Positions 17,311 to 25,948 of a DNA stretch of 64,000 nucleotides are shown here, in pieces. The notes below the pieces were generated by a model that was not told the DNA's origin, searched no databases, and saw nothing but the letters and a program-made list of their open reading frames with translations. The DNA comes from an uncultured Thermoleophilia bacterium (GTDB taxonomy: Bacteria > Actinomycetota > Thermoleophilia > Solirubrobacterales > 70-9): positions 2,172,642 to 2,236,641 of the forward strand of contig OY970203.1 in assembly GCA_963708325.1 (NCBI GenBank). Reading direction: 5' to 3'. The first letter of the stretch is position 1. Each line of letters begins with the position of its first letter. A program made the translations under genes and the position numbers.

Positions 17311-18915
17311 GTGCCGAATGCTCTACACCCTTCAGTCGCGAGCATCACCGACTGGCTGCAGAATGGGGCAAACGGGCTCACCCTGCTGCTGGGGTTAGCC
17401 GCGATCGTCGCATTCATCCTGTCGCGGGTTGCGTTGGCCCAGATCATCCGCCGCTACTACGTGCGTGAGCTGAGTAAACCATTAGCGAGGGATAGAGCGA
17501 CAGTCAAGAAGGGCCTAACCAGGGGTGTCGAGGCGCGAATTAATGGGGACGCATGGCCGATCGCCTCGGAGTATCACGGGCTTACCGTCGCGGAGGGTCG
17601 TCGAGAATGGTGGGTGCCGTGGAGCTGTGGTGAGCAACTCAGCGAGCTCGCGACAGCGTACGAGAGAGCCGGCGCCAGACTGCGGCGGTCTCTCACACTT
17701 CGGCTAGGCGCCGGAACCGATTTTGCGGCTGGAGAAGCGCGGCTTGCGGATGTCGTCGGATCCCGTCTTCTTGCTGACTCGGACTTCAAACCTAGTCCGT
17801 CGCTCGGCCAATCGCCTTCGGAGCCGCTCGCCAACCTCCTCCGGGGCTTCGGCGCCCACATCCTGCTGTGGCCTCCATATGGACTTGACTCTTACTACGC
17901 GGACGTTCGCTGCACTCAGACTGGCGAGCACTTTGGAGCACCGGATCTCCCTTTTCACTTGTTGGCCCCAGGCTCAGCTAAGGGTCGGTGGTCCGGGGTG
18001 CGATCGGAGCTTGCTGACCGTCTCGACGATCGGGTGCGGGACATAGCCCGTCAACGTCTGGAGGCGATGAGCCCCGACTTCAATGGGCGGGTCCTGCGGT
18101 TACGCCGGTGGAGGGCCGAGTCATCAGAGTCGTCCTTGGCGGCGCGATTGCACCTCCTAGCCGACTCCACAAACTTTGCGAGTGTGCTCGCCACAAGCGG
18201 TGGGCTTCATTTGGTCGAAGACGAGGCGTGGCGGCGAACAGTTGAAGCGCTATGTCTCGATCGGCATCTCAACGGGCAGGATGCGTCCGGTGAAGAGTCG
18301 TTTGCCGCAAACCACCTCGTAGTACACCTCGGCATCGTTACTGCTGACCGGCAACTGGCTCTCACAAGACGGGGGACGCAAAGCGAGTTCTATCCCGGGA
18401 CCCTCAACAGCGCGGTGAACGGTGTAGTCGAGATCGCGCCACGTGCCGGACTCCTGCGAGGGGACTATGACGATGATGGCTTTGTCGACGTCCTCGCGAC
18501 TGCGCTTCGAGAGGCGGACGAGGAGCTCGGGGATCGGCTAGGTCTCCGACGGGAGAACCTGGTCATCCGTGCTCTCGGGCTCAACCACACCAAATCTGAG
18601 GTGACCCCATACGTCTTGCTGGAGGCAAGAACTGAACTGACTCTAGAAGCGATCGCTAGGAGACAGTTCGCAACTGCGTCCCGGCACGAAGGAGCGTTCG
18701 AGGTCGGGAGCGAGTTGGTCGGCCTGCCCCTTGCTCCCACAACAGCCCGCAACGCTGTTGGCTGGCTGAGGGAACGCCGCGACGATCTCACCCTCGGCGG
18801 GCTTGTCAGCGGTGTCTTCGCGCTCGGATACCAACTGGACGGTGACACCATCGCGGAGGCTTGGAAAAGCGCGCCCCCCCTTCAGGACGAACAGCTGACG
18901 AGAGTCCCCGTATAG
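17311..18915 (+). CDS. Hypothetical membrane-anchored protein with C-terminal Nudix-like signature
   Basis: The frame is open from 16996, but the first 105 codons look non-protein-like. The in-frame GTG at 17311 precedes the TM helix GLTLLLGLAAIVAFILSRVALAQII. The C-terminal region has FYPGTLNSAVNGVVE ... ALREADEELG (REx2EExG, with a longer than canonical spacer). GC is lower than the surroundings. Confidence 0.5.
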   Translation: MPNALHPSVASITDWLQNGANGLTLLLGLAAIVAFILSRVALAQIIRRYYVRELSKPLARDRATVKKGLTRGVEARINGDAWPIASEYHGLTVAEGRREWWVPWSCGEQLSELATAYERAGARLRRSLTLRLGAGTDFAAGEARLADVVGSRLLADSDFKPSPSLGQSPSEPLANLLRGFGAHILLWPPYGLDSYYADVRCTQTGEHFGAPDLPFHLLAPGSAKGRWSGVRSELADRLDDRVRDIARQRLEAMSPDFNGRVLRLRRWRAESSESSLAARLHLLADSTNFASVLATSGGLHLVEDEAWRRTVEALCLDRHLNGQDASGEESFAANHLVVHLGIVTADRQLALTRRGTQSEFYPGTLNSAVNGVVEIAPRAGLLRGDYDDDGFVDVLATALREADEELGDRLGLRRENLVIRALGLNHTKSEVTPYVLLEARTELTLEAIARRQFATASRHEGAFEVGSELVGLPLAPTTARNAVGWLRERRDDLTLGGLVSGVFALGYQLDGDTIAEAWKSAPPLQDEQLTRVPV

Positions 18916-18923
18916 ACGACAGG

Positions 18924-19169
18924 ATGGACTTCAACCTGCTCTACGGAACGAGACGCGTCCTGAGGGGCGTGCGTCGCAGAACCTATGAGGGGGTGACCTA
19001 CGAGATCACGGTCCGCGGAATGCCCCGGGGCTACTTCCAAGGTGAAGCGCGTCGACTAGATGATGGGGCTCTCGTGGTGTCGGGTGAGAAGGCTCGCTCT
19101 AAGCAGCAAGCCAGAAAAGCCGCCGAGGCCAAACTCGACGCCGCGATGACTGCAGAGGAGAATCACTAG
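18924..19169 (+). CDS. Small hypothetical protein
   Basis: 81 aa from the ATG at 18924, 9 nt after the previous stop and preceded by GACAGGA. No motif recognised. Confidence 0.4.
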   Translation: MDFNLLYGTRRVLRGVRRRTYEGVTYEITVRGMPRGYFQGEARRLDDGALVVSGEKARSKQQARKAAEAKLDAAMTAEENH

Positions 19170-19382
19170 CCAGCGCAGCGGGGTGCCGCTTTCGCGTGAT
19201 AGCAACACCCCCGACGGCAAGCGAGATCAGCGGCGCTCTTCGGGGGCTGCAAACCAGTTGCAAACGCACTCCTCAGAACCGGGACGGACTGATCGGCTCG
19301 ATGCGTTGAAGCCGGGGCGGGATCCGGCTTCACCAGCCAGTTCACGGACTGCCCAGCACGCGCCGGCACGGCGACCCCCAGA

Positions 19383-19422
19383 GATGATGTCCGAGGACGC
19401 GAAGTTCGCGCTCGGTTATTAG
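19383..19422 (+). repeat. Direct repeat, copy A (imperfect hairpin core)
   Basis: GATGATGT + CCGAGGACGCGAAGTTCGCGCTCGG + TTATTAG. The 25-nt core is identical to 24578-24602 and folds as CCGAG-GA-CGCGA-AGT-TCGCG-CTCGG. Confidence 0.8.
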
Positions 19423-19542
19423 CCTGCAAACGGGCGACTTCTTCTGGAACAGGGTCCCGAACGGGTCCCGGAAGCCATCAAAGTCGTCCCATCAGCGGGC
19501 GGGGGATGGCCGGAAACTGAATACGAAGCCGCCACACCGGGA

Positions 19543-21606
19543 TCACAGAGCGATTTGCGAGCCGACGATCACCGTCTTATCACTGGGTAGCTGAAAGGCG
19601 TCGATCGGGCTCGCGGCGTTCCGGGCCATGACTACGAACAGCTTCTTCCGCCCACGGGTGACCGGGGGGACGTCTTCGGTCGGCTTGATCGAAATTCGCG
19701 AGACGACGTAGGAGGCGTGCTCGAGGTCGAGGTTGCGTTCCAACAGCCCCTGCTTGCGACAGAGGCGCAGTGCCGCGGGGACGTCGAGCGAATCGTGATA
19801 ACCCGCCCTGAACGTCACGTGGAAGACGTTGAATTCGCCGCCGATCCGTTCGACCGTGAAGCGCTCGAACTCATCGACGTTCGGGATGCTAACCAGGTCC
19901 ACGGAGACGATCACGACCCGCTTCGGGAACGTGCGAGTGTTCTCGACCTCGATCCGGAGCGCCAGCGGGGTGGTGTCCTTCGTGGGATGCAGGTAGACGG
20001 CGACGCCCGGGACCTTCGTCGGCGACTCCTGCTGAGCATCGAGGTCGTCTAGGAACCGCGTCAGCGGCCCTTCCTTCTCAGTCCTGCCGCGGGTGACGAT
20101 GGTCTGCCCCCGCGACCAGTTGATCATCACGAGCGAGAGCACCAGTGCGAGCGCCAGCGAAAGCCACGCTCCGTGCTCGATCTTGATGATGTTGGAGGCG
20201 AAGAAGGCCACCTCCACGGTCAGGAACAAGGCTGCGATCGGGACAAGCCTGCGCCTCGGCGTGCCCCACAGGTAACGGGCAACAGCGAGGAAGAGCAGCG
20301 TGTTCAGGACGAAGGTCGCTGTGACGGCGACGCCGTAGATATCGCCCAGCCTGTCGGCGGACTGGAAGACCAGCGCCAGGGTGACGACGCCGATGCAGAG
20401 CGCCCAGTTGACGACCGGGACGTAGATCTGGCCTTCCAGCTTCGACGGGTGGAGGATGTTGAGCCGTGGCAGGAAGCCGAGCTGGACCGCCTGTCGCGCG
20501 ACCGAGAAGGAGCCCGAGATCGCGGCTTGAGAGGCGATGATCGTCGCGGCCGTGGCCAGGAAGAGCATCGGGATGCGCGCCCAATCGGGAGCCATCAGGA
20601 AGAAGGGGTTGACCGCGGTGCCCGGATCGTGACGGATCATCGCCGCCTGGCCGAGGTAGTTCAGCATCAGGGCTGGGAAAGCGACCCCGAACCATCCGAG
20701 CCGGATCGGCGCTGCGCCGAAATGGCCCCTGTCCGCGTAGAGAGTCTCGGCGCCGGTCACTGCGAGGACGACCCCACCGAGCACAAAAAAGCTCTCCGCC
20801 CCGTGCTCCGCGAGGAAACGAGCCCCCCACGTTGGCGAAAGCCCCTGCAGCACCGCCGGGTCCTTCGCCAGCTGGTGGAGACCCAGGAGCGCGATCGCGG
20901 TGAACCAGACCAGGATCACCGGCCCGAACAGCGATCCGATCGCACCCGATCCACGTCGCTGGAGGATGAATAGCCCAATCAGGATGACGACCGAGATCGG
21001 CGCCACCAGGTGGGAGAGCTCGGGTTCGACCACCTTCAGCCCTTGAACCGAGCCGAGGACCGAGATCGCGGGTGTGATGATCGCGTCGCCGAAGAACAGC
21101 GCCGCGCCGAAGAGGCCGAGCGTCACCAAGGCCGCGCCATGGGCCACCCTGTTTCGCCGGATCAGGGACGCCAGCGCCATGATGCCCCCGTCGCCACGAT
21201 TGTGCGCGCGCATGATGAAGCCGGCGTACTTGACGCTGACGATGATGATCAGCGCCCAGAAGATCAGCGAGACCACGCCGTAGACGTCCGCCGCGGTCGC
21301 TCGAGCGACGGTGTCGTGTTGCGTGAAAATGACCTGCTCGGTGTACAGCGGGCTCGTCCCGATGTCGCCGTAGACGACGCCGAGCGCGCCGAGGGCGAGG
21401 GCGGCCTTGCCGGCGTCGGTGATGACGTCCCGCTGACTGTCCTCGAGCGCCTCGAAGCGCTTGCGCACCGCCTCGGACTCGGCCTCCTCGTCAGTTGGAG
21501 CCTCAGGCCGCCAGTAGCCGAGCTTGTGCGCCGCCTCGTTGAAGATCCGCTTCTCGCCGGGCCGCTTGCCCGTGCGAACCTTGCTGTACTCCGCCTTCGG
21601 AGGCAT
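19543..21606 (-). CDS. kup: KUP/HAK/KT-family potassium uptake protein
   Basis: 687 aa from the ATG at 21606; the track's 21786 start adds a non-protein-like extension. GVVYGDIGTSPLYT signature, about 12 TM segments and a cytosolic C-terminal domain. Confidence 0.9.
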   Translation of the reverse strand: MPPKAEYSKVRTGKRPGEKRIFNEAAHKLGYWRPEAPTDEEAESEAVRKRFEALEDSQRDVITDAGKAALALGALGVVYGDIGTSPLYTEQVIFTQHDTVARATAADVYGVVSLIFWALIIIVSVKYAGFIMRAHNRGDGGIMALASLIRRNRVAHGAALVTLGLFGAALFFGDAIITPAISVLGSVQGLKVVEPELSHLVAPISVVILIGLFILQRRGSGAIGSLFGPVILVWFTAIALLGLHQLAKDPAVLQGLSPTWGARFLAEHGAESFFVLGGVVLAVTGAETLYADRGHFGAAPIRLGWFGVAFPALMLNYLGQAAMIRHDPGTAVNPFFLMAPDWARIPMLFLATAATIIASQAAISGSFSVARQAVQLGFLPRLNILHPSKLEGQIYVPVVNWALCIGVVTLALVFQSADRLGDIYGVAVTATFVLNTLLFLAVARYLWGTPRRRLVPIAALFLTVEVAFFASNIIKIEHGAWLSLALALVLSLVMINWSRGQTIVTRGRTEKEGPLTRFLDDLDAQQESPTKVPGVAVYLHPTKDTTPLALRIEVENTRTFPKRVVIVSVDLVSIPNVDEFERFTVERIGGEFNVFHVTFRAGYHDSLDVPAALRLCRKQGLLERNLDLEHASYVVSRISIKPTEDVPPVTRGRKKLFVVMARNAASPIDAFQLPSDKTVIVGSQIAL

Positions 21607-21673
21607 CTGGACGGCAACGGTGTGCGATGCCTCGTGAAGAGAACGTTTGGGCCGCCGCTCGTTTTCGCTCACG

Positions 21674-22174
21674 CTATTCGCCCCCCTCAAGCGCGCCCGC
21701 CGGGACTGGGCCGTCTTCGTTCCGTCCAATCCCGGTGGTCGGATCGTGCTCGACGACGACCCTGCACGGCCGGTGGGCGAGCACATATCTGGTCGTCGGG
21801 CCGAGCGGCCCCTCCTCGCTGGGGGCGTGCTCGGTCGCGATGTAGATCAGGTCCGAGCGCCGCGTCTCCGCCTCCACGACGATCGCCCGCCCCGGGCTTC
21901 GCGTCCGGATCAGCCGGCAGCGCACTCTGCAGCCGGCGGACTTCGCCTGCAGACGCACTACCTCCAGCACCCGCCGCGCCTCCTGCTCCTCTTGCTCAAG
22001 ACCTCCGTTGAGCGGCACCTGTTCGGGGACCTTGAGCAAGTAAACGGCCTCTACGGTGGCGTCGGGCCCGACCAGCTTCGCCGCCCGCGCCATCGCCTCG
22101 TAATCGACACTGGTGCCCAGGAACGGGACGAGCGCCGAGTGATAGGAGACTCCGCGTTGTTTGACGTCGCCCAT
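21674..22174 (-). CDS. Universal stress protein (UspA)-family protein
   Basis: 166 aa with USP-like alpha/beta layout (ALVPFLGTSVDYEAMARAA ... DLIYIATEH ... VLAHRPCRVVV). It lies between kdpE-like and kup. Confidence 0.55.
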   Translation of the reverse strand: MGDVKQRGVSYHSALVPFLGTSVDYEAMARAAKLVGPDATVEAVYLLKVPEQVPLNGGLEQEEQEARRVLEVVRLQAKSAGCRVRCRLIRTRSPGRAIVVEAETRRSDLIYIATEHAPSEEGPLGPTTRYVLAHRPCRVVVEHDPTTGIGRNEDGPVPAGALEGGE

Positions 22175-22273
22175 GGCTTCCTAATTCCATGGTCGAGCGG
22201 GACCCGCTAAGCACCCGCTAAGGACCCGCCTGGCTGCGTAGAGATTTCGCTAAATCCGCGCCGCGGCGCGGAT

Positions 22274-22966
22274 CTACTGTTCCGCGCGAAATCGGTAGCC
22301 GATACCCGGCTCCGTGATCACGTAACGAGGGTTCGCAGGATCCGGTTCGAGCTTGGCGCGAATGTGGGCGAAGTGCACACGCAGATAGTGGGTCTCGTCT
22401 TCGTAGCCGGGACCCCAGACCTCCTGGAGCAGCTGGCGGTGGGTAACCAGGCGCCCCGGATGCTCGGCGAGCCGGCTGAGCAGGTCGAACTCGATCGGGG
22501 TGAGGTGGACCTCCTCTCCGGCTCGCCGCACGGCCCGATCGGCGAGGTTGATCTCGAGATCGCCGACAACACCTACCGGACCCTCGCCGTCCTCACTTCT
22601 GCGCCGCAGCACCGCTCGCATCCGGGCGAGCAGCTCCTCGCTGCCGAACGGCTTGGTGACGTAATCGTCAGCCCCGGCGTCGAGCGCACGCACCTTCTGG
22701 CGCTCGTCGCCGACGGCCGAGAGCACGACGATCGGCACCTGGCTCCAGCGCCTGATCTCCTCCGCCACCTCGACCCCGTCGCCGTCGGGGAGGATCAGAT
22801 CGAGCACGATCGCGTCGGGTGGCCTCACCGAGACCGCGTCGAGAGCCTCTTGCTTCGTGGTCGCCTCCTCCACCCGGTAGCCGGCGTTGGTGAGGATCAC
22901 CCTCAGCCCCCTGACGATCTGGGGCTCGTCATCCACCACCAGCACCCGCGAGTCTCCGGCCGTCAT
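22274..22966 (-). CDS. kdpE: OmpR-family response regulator, KdpE-like
   Basis: 230 aa. Receiver VLVVDDEP...DAIVLDLILPDGDG...DDYVTKPF, and a winged-helix C-terminus ending GIGYRFRAE. The start overlaps the kinase stop. Confidence 0.8.
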   Translation of the reverse strand: MTAGDSRVLVVDDEPQIVRGLRVILTNAGYRVEEATTKQEALDAVSVRPPDAIVLDLILPDGDGVEVAEEIRRWSQVPIVVLSAVGDERQKVRALDAGADDYVTKPFGSEELLARMRAVLRRRSEDGEGPVGVVGDLEINLADRAVRRAGEEVHLTPIEFDLLSRLAEHPGRLVTHRQLLQEVWGPGYEDETHYLRVHFAHIRAKLEPDPANPRYVITEPGIGYRFRAEQ

Positions 22967-24366
22967 CCGACTGTGGCCGGCTGCTCAACCAGCGGGAACG
23001 AGACGGCGAACGCGGTTCCGTCCGCGGAGTCGGCCTGCAGACGCAGCTCGCCGCCGTTTGCCTCTACGAAGCCCTTGCAGATGGCGAGCCCGAGGCCGGC
23101 GCCCTCGCGTTGGTCGCCAGTGTGGAACGGCTTGAAGATCGCTTTCCGCTGAGACATTGGCACCCCCGGCCCTCGATCGATGACCCGGGCCGTCACCTTG
23201 CCCGCCCCGACACCGCCGCTGATGCGGATGGGCTGGTCGCGCGGAGAGAAGTGCAGCGCATTCTCGATCAGGTTGGAGAAGACGCGCTCCAGTTGTGTCG
23301 CATCGGCGCGCACGAGTGGCAGCTCGCCGTCCAGCTCGATCTGAATTCGTCGCTGCGTGGGATCATCGCGAGTGTTGGAGATCGCGGTCGAGATCACTTC
23401 AAGCAGATCGCACCAGTCGGTGCGCGGATGAACGGCTCCGGCCTCGATCCGGGAGAGGTCAAGCAGATTTCCAATGAGCCGGGTAAGGCGATCCGACTCG
23501 GCGTCGATCGCGTCGAGCAGCGCGGCCCGATCATCGGCAGCGGTTCCCTTCTCGCGCAGCCCAGCCGCCGCGGTCCGGATGGACGTGAGCGGCGAGCGCA
23601 GGTCGTGTGAGACCGCGTGCAGGATCACGGTCTTGGCGGCATCCGCCTGCCGCGCCGCTTCCGCCTCGGCGCCGCGCGCGGCGGCACGCTCGCGCTCAGC
23701 GGCAACATCGAGCAGCGTGGCTAGCGGCCGCGCGACCCTGTCGAGGTCGGCATCGGACCACCCCGACGACTCGCCTGCATACAGCCAGACGGAGCGTTCC
23801 TCGGTGGGCAGTCGCAGGACCCTTTCACCCTCCCGAGCCCTGGGCGCGGCGCTGCCCTCAAGGCGAAGCTCCCCGTGGCCGGCGGCTTCGAGGCTCGCCG
23901 AGATCGCCGTCACAAGATCATCGGTCCCACCGAGCAGCGCCGTGGCTGCATCGGCAAGCATGATCGCCTCGTGCTCCCGCGCGGCGGCCTGGACCGCCCG
24001 CAGCTCGGCCTCGGTGGCGCGCTCCCGCGATTGCCCGGCCAGCCTTCCCACGACCAGCGCCGCCAGCAGCAGAACGCCCAGCGCGACCACGTTGTCCGAA
24101 TCGGCGATCGTCAGCTGGTGGAGAGGCTGGACGAAGAAGAAGTTCAGGATCAGGACGCCTAGCACGGCGGCCGCCAGCGCCGCGACCTGACCGCGGCGGA
24201 TGGCAACCGCGAGCACCGCGATCACGTAGAGGCTGCCGAGTCCGGCCGGGGTCCCAACCGAGTCGAGGGCCGCGACGAGTGCCGTCGCAAGCCCCACCCA
24301 GGCGAGGGTCTCCAAAGCCGTGGCGGCGATGCGGCCGAACGGAGGCTGCGAACGCATGGAAATCAT
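22963..24366 (-). CDS. Sensor histidine kinase, KdpD C-terminal type (DUF4118 membrane domain plus HisKA/HATPase), lacking the KdpD N-terminal sensor domain
   Basis: 467 aa. Membrane module LYVIAVLAVAIRRGQVAALAAAVLGVLILNFFFVQP, H-box HAVSHDLRSPLTSI, N and G boxes (NLIENALHF, DRGPGVP, GAGLGLAICKG). Confidence 0.8.
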   Translation of the reverse strand: MISMRSQPPFGRIAATALETLAWVGLATALVAALDSVGTPAGLGSLYVIAVLAVAIRRGQVAALAAAVLGVLILNFFFVQPLHQLTIADSDNVVALGVLLLAALVVGRLAGQSRERATEAELRAVQAAAREHEAIMLADAATALLGGTDDLVTAISASLEAAGHGELRLEGSAAPRAREGERVLRLPTEERSVWLYAGESSGWSDADLDRVARPLATLLDVAAERERAAARGAEAEAARQADAAKTVILHAVSHDLRSPLTSIRTAAAGLREKGTAADDRAALLDAIDAESDRLTRLIGNLLDLSRIEAGAVHPRTDWCDLLEVISTAISNTRDDPTQRRIQIELDGELPLVRADATQLERVFSNLIENALHFSPRDQPIRISGGVGAGKVTARVIDRGPGVPMSQRKAIFKPFHTGDQREGAGLGLAICKGFVEANGGELRLQADSADGTAFAVSFPLVEQPATVG

Positions 24367-24567
24367 TTGGATTCCAGTTTAGGTACGTGTTAACGCGGAT
24401 CGAGCTTCTGGGTCGCCTGCATGAAGTCTCGCCAGCGCTCGTGCTCGGTCGTGTGCATCGCTCCGACCCCCCGCTATGCGAGTGGAAGGGGTCGGCTGCA
24501 GTCGTCGGGTGAGTGGTCTGGTTGGCGAGGTGGCTGAGGTTGGGTGGGCCGATTCGGGGACCACTCG

Positions 24568-24609
24568 GATGATGTGTCCGAGGACGCGAAGTTCGCGCTC
24601 GGGTACTAA
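24568..24609 (+). repeat. Direct repeat, copy B
   Basis: GATGATGT + GT + CCGAGGACGCGAAGTTCGCGCTCGG + GTACTAA. Same orientation as copy A, 5187 bp to its right. Confidence 0.8.
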
Positions 24610-24664
24610 CGGGTACTCATCCGGGTAATCAAGTCGCCGGTCGTGATGGATCGGCGCGCCGCTT

Positions 24665-25864
24665 GTGGCCCTTTGGGAGGATCCGGACATCACCGTGACA
24701 CAGGACATGCAGGAGCCGCGCACGGTCGCGGAGGATCGCGTCGAGGAGCTGCTGGCGGACGCGGGTGAATTCTTCGAGGCCTTGCTCTGGGAGGCGGACA
24801 GCGCCAGGAATGCGCGCGGCGCGCTCGCCAAGAAGGAGTTGGATCAAAGCGTTATCCGCGCCTTCGGCGTGGGCTATGCGCCAATCGGTCCCGACGACCT
24901 GATGAACCACCTCCGCGGACGCGGTTACTCGATTGAGGAGCTGCTGGCGGCCGGGCTCGCGACGCGCTCGGTGAGGGGCCGCCCGCACGCCTACTTTCGC
25001 TCTCGGGTGATGTTCCCGGTCAAGGACCGTGAGGGCCGGATCCTCGGCTTCGCCGGCCTCGGCACCCACCTCGGCCCCTCCTGGCCGCTATGGGTGACCT
25101 CGCCCGACGTTGGCCCCTATCGTCGCTCCCAGGCGGTCTTCGCGCTCGACCGGGCAGCGAGTGAGATAGAGGCTTCGCGCACCGCCTCGGTGCGGCCCGA
25201 CTGCATCGAGGTCCTCAGGGCGCACCGGGACGGACAGGCGAACGCGGTCACCGTGCACAGCACTTCTGTCACTCGCGAGCAGCTGCTCGAGCTTGCCGAC
25301 GGACTCGGCGGGGGTCCCGACGCGCTCGAGCTCGAGCTGCCGCCGGGGATGCGCACCGAACCGGAGCGCGAGCCCGCCGCTTCGAAGGCCGTGCCGCATT
25401 CGGTTTGGTCCGAGGAGCAATCTCGCCTCGCGGAGCCGCGGCCTCGGCATCTCAATCTGAAAAGGGTCGGCCTTGTGATTGCGGCCGGGCTCGCAGCGAT
25501 CAACGCCTTGACGGGTGCCCCCCTGCTCGCGGTATGGATCGGCTCTCAGGTGCAGTCGGGAAGACTGGTGAGCATGCGCGGCGCGGTCACGGTCGTGGCG
25601 GTTCTTGCGGCCTTGGAGTTCCTGCTTGGCTGGACGCTGACCTGGTTGAACGTGAAGTACGACCGGTTGACCGGTCGTCCCCTGACAGCCGCTCAGACAT
25701 CTCCCTGGCACCGCGCCAAGCGTGGCGATCGCGTGGAGGACATGAGAAGCAGATACGGGGTCAGCGCGCCCGAGAAGGTTGTCGCGGCATGCGTTGTCGC
25801 GGGCGTGCTCGCGTTCGAGATCTGGTTCTTCTTCCTCGCCGGCTCGTCGCTTCCGAGCTCCTAG
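24665..25864 (+). CDS. DnaG-primase-like protein without zinc finger, with degenerate TOPRIM and C-terminal TM helices
   Basis: FFEALLWEADSARNARGALAKKELDQSVIRAFGVGYAP ... YFRSRVMFPVKDREGRILGFAG resembles the DnaG catalytic-core N-subdomain. The TOPRIM EG position reads VRPD. The C-terminus has hydrophobic helices (LVIAAGLAAINALTGAPLLAVWI, VVAACVVAGVLAFEIWFFFLAG). The start is uncertain (GTG 24665, GTG 24695, ATG 24707). Confidence 0.6.
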   Translation: MALWEDPDITVTQDMQEPRTVAEDRVEELLADAGEFFEALLWEADSARNARGALAKKELDQSVIRAFGVGYAPIGPDDLMNHLRGRGYSIEELLAAGLATRSVRGRPHAYFRSRVMFPVKDREGRILGFAGLGTHLGPSWPLWVTSPDVGPYRRSQAVFALDRAASEIEASRTASVRPDCIEVLRAHRDGQANAVTVHSTSVTREQLLELADGLGGGPDALELELPPGMRTEPEREPAASKAVPHSVWSEEQSRLAEPRPRHLNLKRVGLVIAAGLAAINALTGAPLLAVWIGSQVQSGRLVSMRGAVTVVAVLAALEFLLGWTLTWLNVKYDRLTGRPLTAAQTSPWHRAKRGDRVEDMRSRYGVSAPEKVVAACVVAGVLAFEIWFFFLAGSSLPSS

Positions 25865-25948
25865 TTCCATCGCCTACTCCGACAGCCCGGCGGCTTCGAG
25901 GGCCCGGGAGCGATCGTCGTAGGCGACGACGTGCGTGACCCTGCGCGC

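Larger units (their letters stand above)
1..19422. mobile_element. Integrative genomic (defence) island. The left end lies outside the window and the right boundary is provisional.
   Basis: Contains a tyrosine integrase (14784-15917) plus a truncated paralogue, two excisionase-type HTH genes, a TA-like pair, and R-M and Bil-like defence cargo. By eye it has AT-richer stretches than the 20-64 kb flank. A candidate att-like direct repeat lies at 19383-19422. Confidence 0.5.

Noticed and set aside
19166-19429. ORFs 19183-19422 (+) and 19166-19429 (-) in the island/kup intergenic region
   Set aside because: Both are low-complexity (Arg/Ser/Pro/Ala), overlap each other and lack an RBS. The region is better explained as non-coding and containing repeat copy A.
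24479-24609. tmRNA-like tag region: the frame through repeat copy B reads A-D-S-G-T-T-R-D-D-V-S-E-D-A-K-F-A-L-G-Y-stop, starting GCC GAT TCG like some actinobacterial ssrA tags
   Set aside because: There is no tRNA-like acceptor/T-arm (no GGTTCGA-type T-loop or CCA end) within 400 nt downstream, and that region is protein-coding. There is no canonical 5' GGGG...TTCGAC segment, and the tag does not end in the usual hydrophobic Ala-rich motif.
24548-24625. Possible c-di-AMP (ydaO-type) riboswitch near potassium genes (CGGGGACCA and CUAAC...GUA resemblances)
   Set aside because: The similarity is only fragmentary. On the forward strand it is not upstream of any K+ gene, and on the reverse strand (upstream of the kdpD-like gene) the motifs are not present. 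The second copy, at 19.39 kb, is downstream of kup.
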